From: Promethearchaeota archaeon
GTDB lineage: Archaea > Asgardarchaeota > Lokiarchaeia > Sigyniarchaeales > SOKP01
Assembly: GCA_048940925.1 (NCBI GenBank)
Contig: JBHLOC010000006.1
Span: forward strand, 32,001 to 96,000
Reading direction: 5' to 3'
Length of the DNA: 64,000 nucleotides
Under the pieces are notes generated by a model. It saw only the letters and a program-made list of their open reading frames with translations, ran no database searches and had not been told where the DNA came from. Of this stretch, positions 30,010 to 40,057 are shown one piece after another (within the stretch, counting starts at the first letter, position 1; every line of letters starts with the position of its first letter). Position numbers and translations under genes: made by a program.

Positions 30010-30462
30010 ATGGGTATTATTAAAGAAAGATCTTGGTTTATCCTATTAGGATCTGGAATTCTAACTATCGTAGCAATGTTCATACCTTCAATCCAACTTC
30101 TAACAAATTATGAATTTTATTCGTGGGTATGCGGATTATATTATAGTACAGAGACAGGACTCGGTTTCGGTGGCATAGGATTTATAACCATTTTAGTTCC
30201 ATTAAGTGCAGTATTATTATTACTCGCAGGATTAAAAAATAAAAAGACAAATACTCACAATTTAGATATCTTGGGATTGATTGGAGGAGTAACTCTTATA
30301 TTTGTAGCGATCTGGCGTTTTATTGCCGTTATCAGTTATAGGATAACAGTTATCGATATCCCGATATATGTTATTCTTATTGCGGGAGTACTAGGAATGT
30401 TAGTAGGATTAATAGGTTTTAAGGAAAAATCCTTTAAGGTGGAAGTGCTACAATCGGATTAA
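30010..30462 (+). CDS. Four-TM hypothetical membrane protein
   Basis: Four hydrophobic segments, ATG start, T-tract after stop. Confidence 0.7.
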   Translation: MGIIKERSWFILLGSGILTIVAMFIPSIQLLTNYEFYSWVCGLYYSTETGLGFGGIGFITILVPLSAVLLLLAGLKNKKTNTHNLDILGLIGGVTLIFVAIWRFIAVISYRITVIDIPIYVILIAGVLGMLVGLIGFKEKSFKVEVLQSD

Positions 30463-30867
30463 TTTTTTTCTTGTAGGGTATTAAGACCATCATAGTAATC
30501 TATCTAATATCTTTTTTTCTTTTTCTTATCATACTCAAACTAAGACTAGTTTGAATTGGAAAATAAGGCTATAAACACCCACCATCTCCCAGAAAGCCTT
30601 TTCTCCCTTATAAAATTAAAAAAAATCACTATGATTGAATCATTTCCTGAAAAATAGCTTGGATATCATCTTATGTTTATTCAACTTAAGTTCATTGTCA
30701 AGATTATCAGATCCATAAAAAAAGGGGTCACTAATCTTAATTATGAATGAGTGTGACCTGCATAGCATTGGAACTTCAAAATATTTTAAGTAGTGTAAAT
30801 TTAGAAACGCGCAATGAAGAACTACTTTATTATTGCCCAAAATAATTTTTTCGATGATTATTAGATG

Positions 30868-31704
30868 TTATTCTTCTCTAAAGTTTGGAATATCCTTTTG
30901 ATAGAATATTTGAGCAATCCAATCCCTATAATGGATAAATTTTCCAGTTCCTTTGAAGTTTACTAATGGTTGATGCATTCTGTCAAATTTAACATAATTA
31001 GAAAAGACAGGGGTAAGGTTATTACAGTCTTCACAAAAGGGTATAATTACTGATTCTACTCCTTTTATTATAGTTTCCGACTGTCCTGGTGCTGTAGCAC
31101 CGTCTGATTCTGTAAACCTATGGCTAAATTTGGTTGCTAATAAATTTTTTCTTGAACCGCATCTTAAACACTTTAATAATTTCATTTTTTCAATTGAGTC
31201 ATAATCAATACGTAAAAAGAAATCTGATGCTTTTCTAATTGCTCTAATTAATCGTTCATATTCACTCCTTAATTCATTATTCTGAGAATCAAGATTAATC
31301 GCCTCTCCATAATATTTTAACGCTTTTTCCATTTCTCCTCTTTTTATACATAAAATTCCTACTTCCTGAAGTGCATCTGGTGCATTAGGATTATATCTTA
31401 ACCCTTTTTCAATATTTTTAATTGCTTTATTGACTTTTCCTTGTTCAGCATTATTCATCCCTATGATATAATATTTTTCAAATTTTTCCATGTTAACTTT
31501 TTTCCGTATTTTCTTTGAATAAATTTTAAAATAATAATATACCAATGAAGGCACAAGGATAATTGAAATAATAACTATCCAAGCTATTGCGGGACCTAAA
31601 TTGTTCCATATAACCCAAATTATCCCCAATATAACAGTAAAAATCACAATTCCCCCACAGGTAATTAAGCTTTGCTCTAAAGGTGTACGGTATTTCTTTG
31701 GCAT
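30868..31704 (-). CDS. Membrane-anchored TPR protein with C-terminal Zn-binding domain
   Basis: Two N-terminal TM; TPR-like AIKNIEKGLRYNPNAPDALQEVG...ALKYYGEAINLDS; CLRC...CEDC; GAGGT SD. Confidence 0.75.
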   Translation of the reverse strand: MPKKYRTPLEQSLITCGGIVIFTVILGIIWVIWNNLGPAIAWIVIISIILVPSLVYYYFKIYSKKIRKKVNMEKFEKYYIIGMNNAEQGKVNKAIKNIEKGLRYNPNAPDALQEVGILCIKRGEMEKALKYYGEAINLDSQNNELRSEYERLIRAIRKASDFFLRIDYDSIEKMKLLKCLRCGSRKNLLATKFSHRFTESDGATAPGQSETIIKGVESVIIPFCEDCNNLTPVFSNYVKFDRMHQPLVNFKGTGKFIHYRDWIAQIFYQKDIPNFREE

Positions 31705-31871
31705 TTCTTAATTTATTACCTCTAAAATTATTGTCTACTATATTAAATTCTGTTTTTAAATATTAAAATATTATTAAAATAATGAGCCTTTTATATTTCC
31801 CTTAACATTAAGAGAAATTAAGTTATAGTAAATTAAATAGATCTTATATTAGTAGCTTTGATTTTTGAGTT

Positions 31872-32768
31872 TTAAAGTTTATTTATTAATTTTTTACCAC
31901 ATTTTTCACATATATATAAGTTCTTATCTTGAATATGATTACATTTATTACAAACAGTTTCAGGATTTTGTGAAAATAAATCTCTTATCTTTAAAAAAAG
32001 TTGTTCTCTTTTTCTTGTAAAATCATTAAAAGTTTCATTTTTATCTTGCTTTGGTAAAAGGGAGAATTTAATTTTGCATATTTTATGTAAGGTAATTGTA
32101 CCCTCTTTTTCAATATAATCATAATTCATCATAAATGTAAGGTTATTATTCTGTATTATATTATATGGAACCGTTAAGGGTATAAAATGAAGATAGGAGC
32201 AATATGCATCCTTAAATCCAGATTTGTCGTAAAATTGTTTAATCGCAGAATGGAAGGCATCTTTTCTTTTAAAAATTCCATGTGCTAAACCATAGGCCAC
32301 TCCACTCATTAAAGCTCCTGCTACAGTACCATATGGAGACATTTCACTTAAGCCATGCGCTCCACGATAACTTTCTTTTCGCTTCCAAGTTACGATAAGT
32401 ATTCTAATATTAGTAATAAAAATATGACCATCAATGTGCATCTTAAGTTTTGGTAGGTTAAGAGTCCCAGGAAAATCAAGAATTATTTCCTCTTCTTTCT
32501 CTTTATGTATGAAGATTCTATTAACAACATTTTTTTCTATTTTCAAAATTTCTTTTCCTGGAAATTTCTTTAAAAGATTTGATATTAAGATAGGATAAAG
32601 TCCATACCAAAAATAATCTGGAGATTGACTTGAAGTAACTATATATAAAAGTTCACATTTTTTTATTGAATTAGAAGCATAGAAACGAGTGAATTCATCA
32701 ATAAATTCTTTTACCCATTTTTTTTTGATCCTTTTCCCAATCACATCATAGCTCATGATAAATTTCAC
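31872..32768 (-). CDS. Hypothetical protein with C-terminal zinc ribbon
   Basis: CNKC...CEKCGKKL; GHIFITNIRI suggests a PH/GRAM-like strand. Confidence 0.65.
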   Translation of the reverse strand: MKFIMSYDVIGKRIKKKWVKEFIDEFTRFYASNSIKKCELLYIVTSSQSPDYFWYGLYPILISNLLKKFPGKEILKIEKNVVNRIFIHKEKEEEIILDFPGTLNLPKLKMHIDGHIFITNIRILIVTWKRKESYRGAHGLSEMSPYGTVAGALMSGVAYGLAHGIFKRKDAFHSAIKQFYDKSGFKDAYCSYLHFIPLTVPYNIIQNNNLTFMMNYDYIEKEGTITLHKICKIKFSLLPKQDKNETFNDFTRKREQLFLKIRDLFSQNPETVCNKCNHIQDKNLYICEKCGKKLINKL

Positions 32769-32882
32769 ATTTGCTTTATTTTAAAATTAAGATAAGTAAA
32801 TTTTTATTAATTTCAATGATTTCTGCACTATTTGAATTAAATGATATTAATATTCTAATTTTAGATTTTTTCTTTATAGTAA

Positions 32883-33414
32883 TCAATTTTTAAATTTCTG
32901 AACACCTTTATTTAATATTATGGTTGATCCTATTAATAATCCCTCAAATTGTGGTACCGGATAATATTTTAATAATAAAAATTTATCATTATATTCACCT
33001 TCAACATAAAAGTTTTCAGAAGGTGCCACTGCTATACCTAAACCAGTATCATATTGTTAACTACCATAAGTTTCTAACCATTTAAGAATTCCTTGATTAT
33101 TATAAACCAATGTTAAAATATCAATAGATCCTGTATTAGCTGAATAATCTATTCCTGTAATATATATATTTCCCGAGAATCCAAATCAATTCCTCGTCCC
33201 CATTCAGAATCCCCATCTCCATATTGTTTTTCCCATCGAGTCCTGTTATTAGTAGGCATTTATGAATTAAACTTATTCCTGTTCTTGCATTACCTAAAAG
33301 AAAAAGTTTTCTTTTACTAAATTTTCTTTTATACTTTTCAAGTGTAAATTTACCTTGTTCTGTCATTAAATCTCCCTCTCTATAGAATTCTTTCTGTTGT
33401 AATCTATTAATCAT
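32883..33414 (-). pseudogene. Decayed beta-propeller (SBBP-like repeat) gene
   Basis: Across frameshifts and a stop: RGIDLDS / GNIYITGIDYSANTGSIDILTLVYNNQGILKWLETYGS*QYDTGLGIAVAPSENFYVEG...FLLLKY. Confidence 0.65.
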
Positions 33415-33622
33415 TTGTTATAAGTATAATGACTTCAGCTATCTAGATAATTATAAAAAATTTAATTTAGAATTGTTTATCCTTTTTAATATTAAGAAGT
33501 TCTTGAAATAAGATAGACTTCTTTTTGATAAAAAAATTATATTTCATTAAGCAAGATAACTTATAATCTCTTGATTCATTATTAATTAAAAAAAACAGAA
33601 TTTACAATTAAGGGTTTTACTT

Positions 33623-35032
33623 TTGAGCGATTTAGAAGGATTAACTAGGAGGTTAATGGAAAAAGGTTCTACAAAGGATGAAATTATTGTACGGCTTGTT
33701 AATGAATATATGGATTTTAAAGACATTGATAAGGAGTCTGCAATCTCACTTTCTGAAGCAATTTATGAAGAATGTCGGAATAGCGACATAAAATTAGTGA
33801 GTGATCCCTTTATGAGATATTTATTAGATATTAATAAGGCAAATGTGACCATTGGAAAACAAGGAGTGGGTTGTAGGGGATCTGGTGATTTTTTCGTTCA
33901 TAAGCTCATTGCAAAATTATCTGAAACCGAGAAAAGGGCATATTTATCGCCAAGCTCCTTAGATGATGCTGGTGCTGTGAGAATAAGTGATATTGAAGGA
34001 TTTAAAGCTGAAGATGAATTAATCATTGTATCCAAAATGGAAGGAATTCATAGTCGCCTAAGTGACTTTCCATTCTTGTGTGGTTTTCACGTAAATTCGC
34101 GTAATAAGTTTGCGTGAAGCGTATCGAGAGCCGCACTAAGAGATCTCTATGTTAAAGGTGCAAAGCCTATTTCAATTATGATTGATACGCATCTAGGAGA
34201 TGATGCAGATGTAGGGAAACTTTTTGATTTTATGGCAGGTGTTTCTGCAATTTCAGAACTAGCGAAAGTTCCAATTACAGCAGGTTCAACACTTCGAATT
34301 GGAGGAGATATGGTTATTGGAAACCGCTTAGTTGGAGGAATTAGTGCTGTTGGAATATGTTCTCGAGTTTTAGCAAGGAAGAATATTAAAGTTGGCGATA
34401 AAATTTTAATGACAGAGGGATCGGGTGGAGGGACAATAACGACAACAGCAATATATTCAGGTAATCATCATATAGTAAAGGAGACTATGAATATCAAATT
34501 TCTTGAAGCTTGTGAAATTATCTTAAATTCTGAATATCTTAATGAGATTCGTGCTATGTGCGATGTTACAAATGGTGGTCTTAGAGGAGATTTATATGAA
34601 ATTAATTATGAAGCTAATTGTGGTGTTAATATTTTTGAAGAAAAAGTAAGAGCACTTGTAAATCCAAATGTTCTAAATATGCTAGAAAAGGTTGGAGTTG
34701 ATTATCTAGGAGTTTCTTTGGATGCATTATTAATATATTGTTCTGACTCTATATCTCAAGAAATTATAAATGATTTAAGAAGAAATAATATTAAGTGTGA
34801 TGAAATAGGTTCTGTAGATGATTCAAATCAAGTTTATATTAGTTATCAAGGTAAGGAAAAAAAACAAATCCTTCCAAAATTCAGAGAATCTGCATATACT
34901 AAGATAAAACAAGAGATTGGAGAGAAAACCCCCAAGTCTCTTGAAGTAATGGAAAAAAGTGTTGAGAAAGCAGCTATGGAAGCGTTAGAGAAGCGTAATA
35001 AGATAATAGAATATATTTTGAAGCAAGAATAA
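33623..35032 (+). CDS. AIR-synthase-related protein (PurM/HypE/SelD/ThiL superfamily), two exons: 33623-34094 + 34125-35032, 459 aa spliced
   Basis: ORFs 33623-34117 and 34178-35032 share a frame; GVGCRGSGDF, DDAG, EGIHSRLSDFPFLCGFHV^TRAALRD, GSTLRIGGDMV, GSGGGTI, DVTNGG. Confidence 0.85.
34095..34124 (+). other. Putative bulge-helix-bulge (archaeal-type) intron in mRNA, 30 nt, containing the in-frame TGA
   Basis: 11-bp outer helix 34078-34088/34126-34136, 4-bp central helix ACGU/GCGU, 3-nt bulges AAA and AUC, 9-bp inner helix 34096-34104/34110-34118. Confidence 0.85.
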
Positions 35033-35129
35033 AATCCAGATTTATTAAAACTTACTTATTAGTCTTTACAGACAAATTATGAATTAAGATTATAAGTTTA
35101 AAAATTGTAATTTCCTACCTATATTCTAT

Positions 35130-35930
35130 ATGAATGAAACCAAATATTTTCTTTATAATCTTAATAATGTGGGAATTCAATGGTATTTAAGCAGTAATAA
35201 GAATATAGATGACAAAGCTTATTCTCCTCACTTACAACTTAGATGCTCAAATTATGTAGATCCTTGGGAGGATAAATCTTCTCATTACCACTCAAAATCA
35301 CAAGAAATCTTCATTTTGTTAGATGGAGAATTATGGATGATGCTTGATGGTGAACCATATACTATACTTAGAAATAATCTTTTACTTGTTCAACCGGGAG
35401 TTCCTCATATGATTATTGGGGGAAGAACAAAAATTCGACATTTTGTACTTAAAGTTCCACATCAAGAAGATAAATGGATTCAGCACAATGAAAATATTAA
35501 TTATGATACTATAAAAGTTAAAATGGCAGAGAATCATTATAAAAGCGATATTGATGGATTAAAAGGTTTTTTTGCAGATTTAAATGATAAAAAATTTCAG
35601 AATAATTGGTTACTTGGATATGGAGAAGCAATTTATAAAACTAAACACCTCTGTTTAGCTTATATGGATTTGAAGTGTGAACAAGTTTATAACGAAATGA
35701 ATCATATTGAAACCTATCATTTTCATGAAGAGTCTACAGAATGGTATTTTACGATAAAAGGACAACAGAAATTTTTAATAGATAATAAAGAGATATCTGT
35801 TGATCCAGGGTATCTATTAAGAATGCCTGAAAAAACACCTCATTTATTATTATCCTATTCATACCCATTTGAAGGGATTACCTTAAGAACACCAGCAATA
35901 CCTAACGATAAGATAATATTAAATAAATAA
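35130..35930 (+). CDS. Bicupin protein
   Basis: HYHSKSQEIF...PGVPH and HFHEESTEWY...EKTPH. Confidence 0.85.
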   Translation: MNETKYFLYNLNNVGIQWYLSSNKNIDDKAYSPHLQLRCSNYVDPWEDKSSHYHSKSQEIFILLDGELWMMLDGEPYTILRNNLLLVQPGVPHMIIGGRTKIRHFVLKVPHQEDKWIQHNENINYDTIKVKMAENHYKSDIDGLKGFFADLNDKKFQNNWLLGYGEAIYKTKHLCLAYMDLKCEQVYNEMNHIETYHFHEESTEWYFTIKGQQKFLIDNKEISVDPGYLLRMPEKTPHLLLSYSYPFEGITLRTPAIPNDKIILNK

Positions 35931-35984
35931 GGCAAGTATTTGATTTAAGAGTCTGAAATTAAATCTAATTTTACGGTTTTATTT

Positions 35985-36818
35985 TTATTTTTTATTGTTT
36001 AAATCCAAAACTTCATTCATAGAACCTGATCTGAATCCCTCAACATCGATTGTTATATATGTAAATCCAATTTCTTTCAGTTGGTTTTTTATTAATTTTA
36101 AATTTTCTACATTTAGAATTTTAGGTAAATCTTCAGGCATAAATTCGATACGAGCAAGAGTTTCTTCATGTAATCTTACTCTTAACTGATCCAAATCAAA
36201 TTTACTTTTAAGAAATTTTTCAGATTCCCTAATCATATATAATTTCTTTTCATTAATAATTTGACCATAGGGAATCCGAGATGAAAAGCAAGCCATTGAC
36301 GGTTTTGATTGAACATCTAAATCAAAATATTTGCTAATTTCTCTTATTTCTTTCTTATTAAGATTGCAATCGATAAAAGGAGTAGAGATATTTAATTCTT
36401 TTAAAGCTTGCATACCAGGTCTGTAATCCGAAAGATCATCAATATTAGAGCCATCTAAAATTGTATCAAAATTTTTTAACTTCTTAATTTGAAGAATCTC
36501 ATCATATAAACCAGTTTTACAAATATAACATCGATTTTGAGGGTTACACCTAAAATCCTCATTTCTTAAAGGATCCCTATCAATTATCATATGAGGGATG
36601 TTATAAATTTCAGCGAATTGATGTGCTTCTTCAATTTCTTCTTCAGGATAAAGGTTTGAACGCTCAGTCACTAGTAACGTCTCTTTAGCATACTTTTTTG
36701 AAAGGAAAGCTAATAGAGAGCTGTCTACACCTCCTGAGAAGGCAACTATTACTTTTTTGCTGTCTAAAAAAGAAATTAAACTTGCTAACTTTTTTTCAAG
36801 AATATCAGATAAATCCAT
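35985..36818 (-). CDS. larE: LarE-like ATP-dependent sulfur transferase (PP-loop)
   Basis: AFSGGVDSS, RCYICK, DGSN.DD..DYRPG, KPSMACFSSRIPYG, GFRSGSMN. Confidence 0.88.
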   Translation of the reverse strand: MDLSDILEKKLASLISFLDSKKVIVAFSGGVDSSLLAFLSKKYAKETLLVTERSNLYPEEEIEEAHQFAEIYNIPHMIIDRDPLRNEDFRCNPQNRCYICKTGLYDEILQIKKLKNFDTILDGSNIDDLSDYRPGMQALKELNISTPFIDCNLNKKEIREISKYFDLDVQSKPSMACFSSRIPYGQIINEKKLYMIRESEKFLKSKFDLDQLRVRLHEETLARIEFMPEDLPKILNVENLKLIKNQLKEIGFTYITIDVEGFRSGSMNEVLDLNNKK

Positions 36819-37126
36819 AACTATTTCACTAATAATTAAGAATAATATCTAATATAATGAAAACTAAGTTTATAATTTAATATTTTTAAAAGATAAGGAA
36901 ATTTTCAAAAAAAGATAAATAATTAGGTCACATTAAGAATTATCAATTATTACTTCCCCTTATTTTAATAAATCATTATATATACAAAAAACAAATAGGC
37001 TTTCAAGTTCGGATTATATTAGTTCTGATTATAAACTAAAATTATTATGGCTTTATACTTAAGAAAAAAGTATTTCTCGACATTTTTGTAATAAATCTTT
37101 TATATTAAAAAATAATAAGAAATCAC

Positions 37127-37270
37127 ATGGAAAAAAAGAAAATAATTATACTCAGTGTTGGTGCAATAATAATATTTGTTGTTCTTTTGCTTTTTGTTAT
37201 TTTGCCCTTTGCGGGTGTTCCTGTTATACCTGGTACTGACTATGGTGGATGGCGCCCCCAGGGTAATTAG
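37127..37270 (+). CDS. 47-aa single-TM microprotein (not in the ORF track)
   Basis: MEKKKIIILSVGAIIIFVVLLLFVILPFAGVPVIPGTDYGGWRPQGN; a second copy follows. Confidence 0.6.
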   Translation: MEKKKIIILSVGAIIIFVVLLLFVILPFAGVPVIPGTDYGGWRPQGN

Positions 37271-37418
37271 GGGATAATGATGTTAGATGATAAAAGAACT
37301 TTTATATATTCAAGGAAATTAACCATCTAAAAATATTGAGCTTGAAATCAAGAAAAGATATTAATCTACATTTCAGTATTATCATTTTATAAGTATAAAA
37401 GAATTGGGACTATTATAA

Positions 37419-37574
37419 AAAAAAAAGAAAATAATAACAATTAGTGTTGCTGTAATAATCTTATTTGTTATTCTTTTACTCTTTGTTATTTTGCCCTTTG
37501 CGGGTGTTCCCGTTATACCTGGGACTGATTATGGTGAACCCACGAGAATTTCTAGATATCGTTGTGTTCCGTAA
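37419..37574 (+). pseudogene. Second copy of the microprotein, with no in-frame start codon
   Basis: KKKKIITISVAVIILFVILLLFVILPFAGVPVIPGTDYGEPTRISRYRCVP*; in-frame TAA at 37416-37418 at the start of an A10 run. Confidence 0.55.
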
Positions 37575-37691
37575 TGTAAGCTAATAGATTGTAAAATTTA
37601 AGCACCTTAATACATAGCAAACTTATCCAAAGTTGCAATGCTTAGTTCAGATTATCATTTAAGATAGTAATAAATAAAAAAAATTATTTTG

Positions 37692-38471
37692 CTACCATTT
37701 AAAGTTTGGATTAAAAAAGAGAAGTGTGTTTAACTTTTGCAACGTAATAAATACTAAAACATAATACCAGCCAAGAGAAGAAAACATCATTATCCATTCA
37801 AGAAATTGTCTTGTTAAAGGTGCTGGAGCGATTAAAAACATTATAGTTGCTGTCGATGGACCTATTATCATAAAGTATCCAATAGTTTTAGGGAAAATTC
37901 TTCTTCTCAGTACTATTGCTAGTCCAGTGAAAAAAGCACCAAATGCGAACCCACCAAATGCTGAGGTAGAAAAATAATAATGGATATCGAAAGGGGAACG
38001 ATCTAAACTAAAAACTCCTACAAAAAACATTCCTATAACTCCAAAAAAAAGACAAACCACTCCAATATATCCAAATATTCTCCTAAACAAAACTGTGTAA
38101 TGTTCTTTCTTTGAATTATCTAATCTAAGATTTTGATGTGAGCTATATAATCGGCTTAAATTCAAAATTAAAGGGATTATGAAAATTGCTGACAAAATAC
38201 ATGTCACATCCAAGATAAAGGGAGCTGGTGTATATCTAGTTGATCCTAAATCACTTATCCAATTATACCATAAGCTATACTCCATAGGTCCATAAATTTT
38301 AGCTATTATGAGTCCAAAGATTAATCCTGGCAAAAACGTCAGCAAGGTTATATAAATACTAATTTTAACTACTTTTGGCTCAGTAAGTTTATTATAAATA
38401 TATTTACTATTTTTTTTCATTTTTAAAAAAATTGGATTGAAAAATTCCAAATATAAATTTCTTTCCTTCAT
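37692..38471 (-). CDS. DUF998-like membrane protein
   Basis: YSLWYNWISDLGS, GVFSLD, H, LEW. Confidence 0.75.
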   Translation of the reverse strand: MKERNLYLEFFNPIFLKMKKNSKYIYNKLTEPKVVKISIYITLLTFLPGLIFGLIIAKIYGPMEYSLWYNWISDLGSTRYTPAPFILDVTCILSAIFIIPLILNLSRLYSSHQNLRLDNSKKEHYTVLFRRIFGYIGVVCLFFGVIGMFFVGVFSLDRSPFDIHYYFSTSAFGGFAFGAFFTGLAIVLRRRIFPKTIGYFMIIGPSTATIMFLIAPAPLTRQFLEWIMMFSSLGWYYVLVFITLQKLNTLLFFNPNFKW

Positions 38472-38722
38472 TTTTTTTTTACCCTTATTATTATTTAATT
38501 ATAAATTCACTCATATTAAATTTTCTCATATCTGAAATTTAATCCAGATAACACTTAACCCAACTTCTTTAAGAATTTTATAAATTATATCTATTTATTT
38601 ATTTTGATTTCAAAAAATTAAATTCTAAATAAATAAAAATAATAATTTCCTTCTATAATTCTTGAGGATAATTTATTGGAATCCGAATTATTTAATTTTT
38701 TTGATTAGATAAAAAAAGAAAA

Positions 38723-39361
38723 ATGACTAGAAGGGTAAAAGAAATTTTAACAAAGTGGCCTTTATCGTGTATAATTGGATTTTTACTTGTTATCTTATCT
38801 TGGGCTTCAATGTCGATTGCAATCATATTAGCTCCGCGTACTTTCAATCCCTTTAAAAATTATATGAGTAGTTTAGGTAACTCTTCATTTAATCCTGATG
38901 GAGCTTTTTTTTATAATGTCTCAGTAATAGTTTCTGGATTTTTGTTTACACTTTTTTTTCTAGGATTATCTATGTGGTATACTGATATAATAATAGATAA
39001 AAATATACTAAGAATGACTCAAATGTTTGGTTGCTTATTAGCTTTTACAATAATATTAACAGGAATTTTTTCTGAAGATTTTAAGCCACAGCATATATTC
39101 TGGTCAATTATAGCGGGGATTTTAGGTTTTGTTGTTAATGTTCTTTTAGCAATATTTTTAATTAGACAAAAAGAAGCTATAAGAAAAATATCTTATTCTA
39201 TATTGATATTAATAGGATTTTATGTGATATTTTTATTTATATTAAGTCCTACTCACGTTTTAACTGAATGGATTGTAAGAACTTTGGGAGATATAAATTT
39301 GATCTTAATTACATACAATCTTAAGAAAATATATTCAATTAGAATATACTTATTTTCTTAA
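38723..39361 (+). CDS. DUF998-like membrane protein
   Basis: FNPFKNYMSSLG, GIFSED...H, TEW. Confidence 0.75.
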   Translation: MTRRVKEILTKWPLSCIIGFLLVILSWASMSIAIILAPRTFNPFKNYMSSLGNSSFNPDGAFFYNVSVIVSGFLFTLFFLGLSMWYTDIIIDKNILRMTQMFGCLLAFTIILTGIFSEDFKPQHIFWSIIAGILGFVVNVLLAIFLIRQKEAIRKISYSILILIGFYVIFLFILSPTHVLTEWIVRTLGDINLILITYNLKKIYSIRIYLFS

Positions 39362-39391
39362 AATCCCTTTTTTCAAAATTAGACGTTTTTA

Positions 39392-40057
39392 TTAAATGAT
39401 TGATTCTAATTTTAAATGTCTATCCTTTCCTGATAGACGGTATAATTTAGTAGACATTATAAATATCCAAGAAAGAGGAACAAAAAGCCCTAATCGTTGT
39501 ATAAGGCCATTGACTAAAGAAATTTCAACCAAAAGTGCAATTGGAGTATATATAATTAAAAAGATCCCAATTTGCAAAAAGAAGAGCCACCAATAGTTTT
39601 GCCAATTATAGTCTTTCCATAATGGATATAAAGAAAGAAGAATTGCTGAAGGCATGGCAATCGAAGGAAATTTAATTAGTGAATTATGACTTATACCTGT
39701 AAATGTTATGTTTCTACAACCTGCATCACATGGAAACATTGAAAGTGCAAAAATACATATACCAGATAGTATAAAGAGAACCATACTTATTGTTATTAAT
39801 GGATGCTTTTTAACACCTAGATAAAGACCAAATCCAAAAAAAATTAAATAAAGACCGAATACATTAAAACCAAAAATGTCCATAATCAAATTGTACGGTG
39901 CTTCTGAAGTGGCTAGCTCACTGATAAATTGACTCATAGGATTATACCCAGGATAAAGAGATCCTAAGACTGTAAATACTATTAAATTAATTACAGGACC
40001 GACGATTCCAAAAATAGCTGATGTTCTCTGAAGTCGATTCATATGAATTATATCCAT
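39392..40057 (-). CDS. DUF998 family membrane protein
   Basis: YPGYNPMSQFISELA, FPCD, H, GLIQR. Confidence 0.8.
   Translation of the reverse strand: MDIIHMNRLQRTSAIFGIVGPVINLIVFTVLGSLYPGYNPMSQFISELATSEAPYNLIMDIFGFNVFGLYLIFFGFGLYLGVKKHPLITISMVLFILSGICIFALSMFPCDAGCRNITFTGISHNSLIKFPSIAMPSAILLSLYPLWKDYNWQNYWWLFFLQIGIFLIIYTPIALLVEISLVNGLIQRLGLFVPLSWIFIMSTKLYRLSGKDRHLKLESII

Noticed and set aside
30640-30840. 66-aa ORF and a weak GGTCAC/GTGACC inverted repeat
   Set aside because: No coding signal, and the 6-bp pairing could easily arise by chance.
33136-33414. 92-aa ORF as a real gene
   Set aside because: It appears to be largely an off-frame reading of the decayed beta-propeller pseudogene.
29553-33600. 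Provirus or IS element
   Set aside because: No integrase, transposase, terminal inverted repeats or viral structural genes recognised.
34115-34117. In-frame TGA read as selenocysteine or simple readthrough
   Set aside because: Readthrough would leave a 10-residue insert in the conserved FHVTRA segment, the position is not a recognisable Cys site, and I saw no clear SECIS. The BHB explains the insert exactly.
34091-34123. Ribosomal bypass between matching GTA codons (34091 and 34121)
   Set aside because: The stop does not directly follow the take-off codon, and the product would read HVSR. BHB geometry is the better fit, though bypass is not formally excluded.
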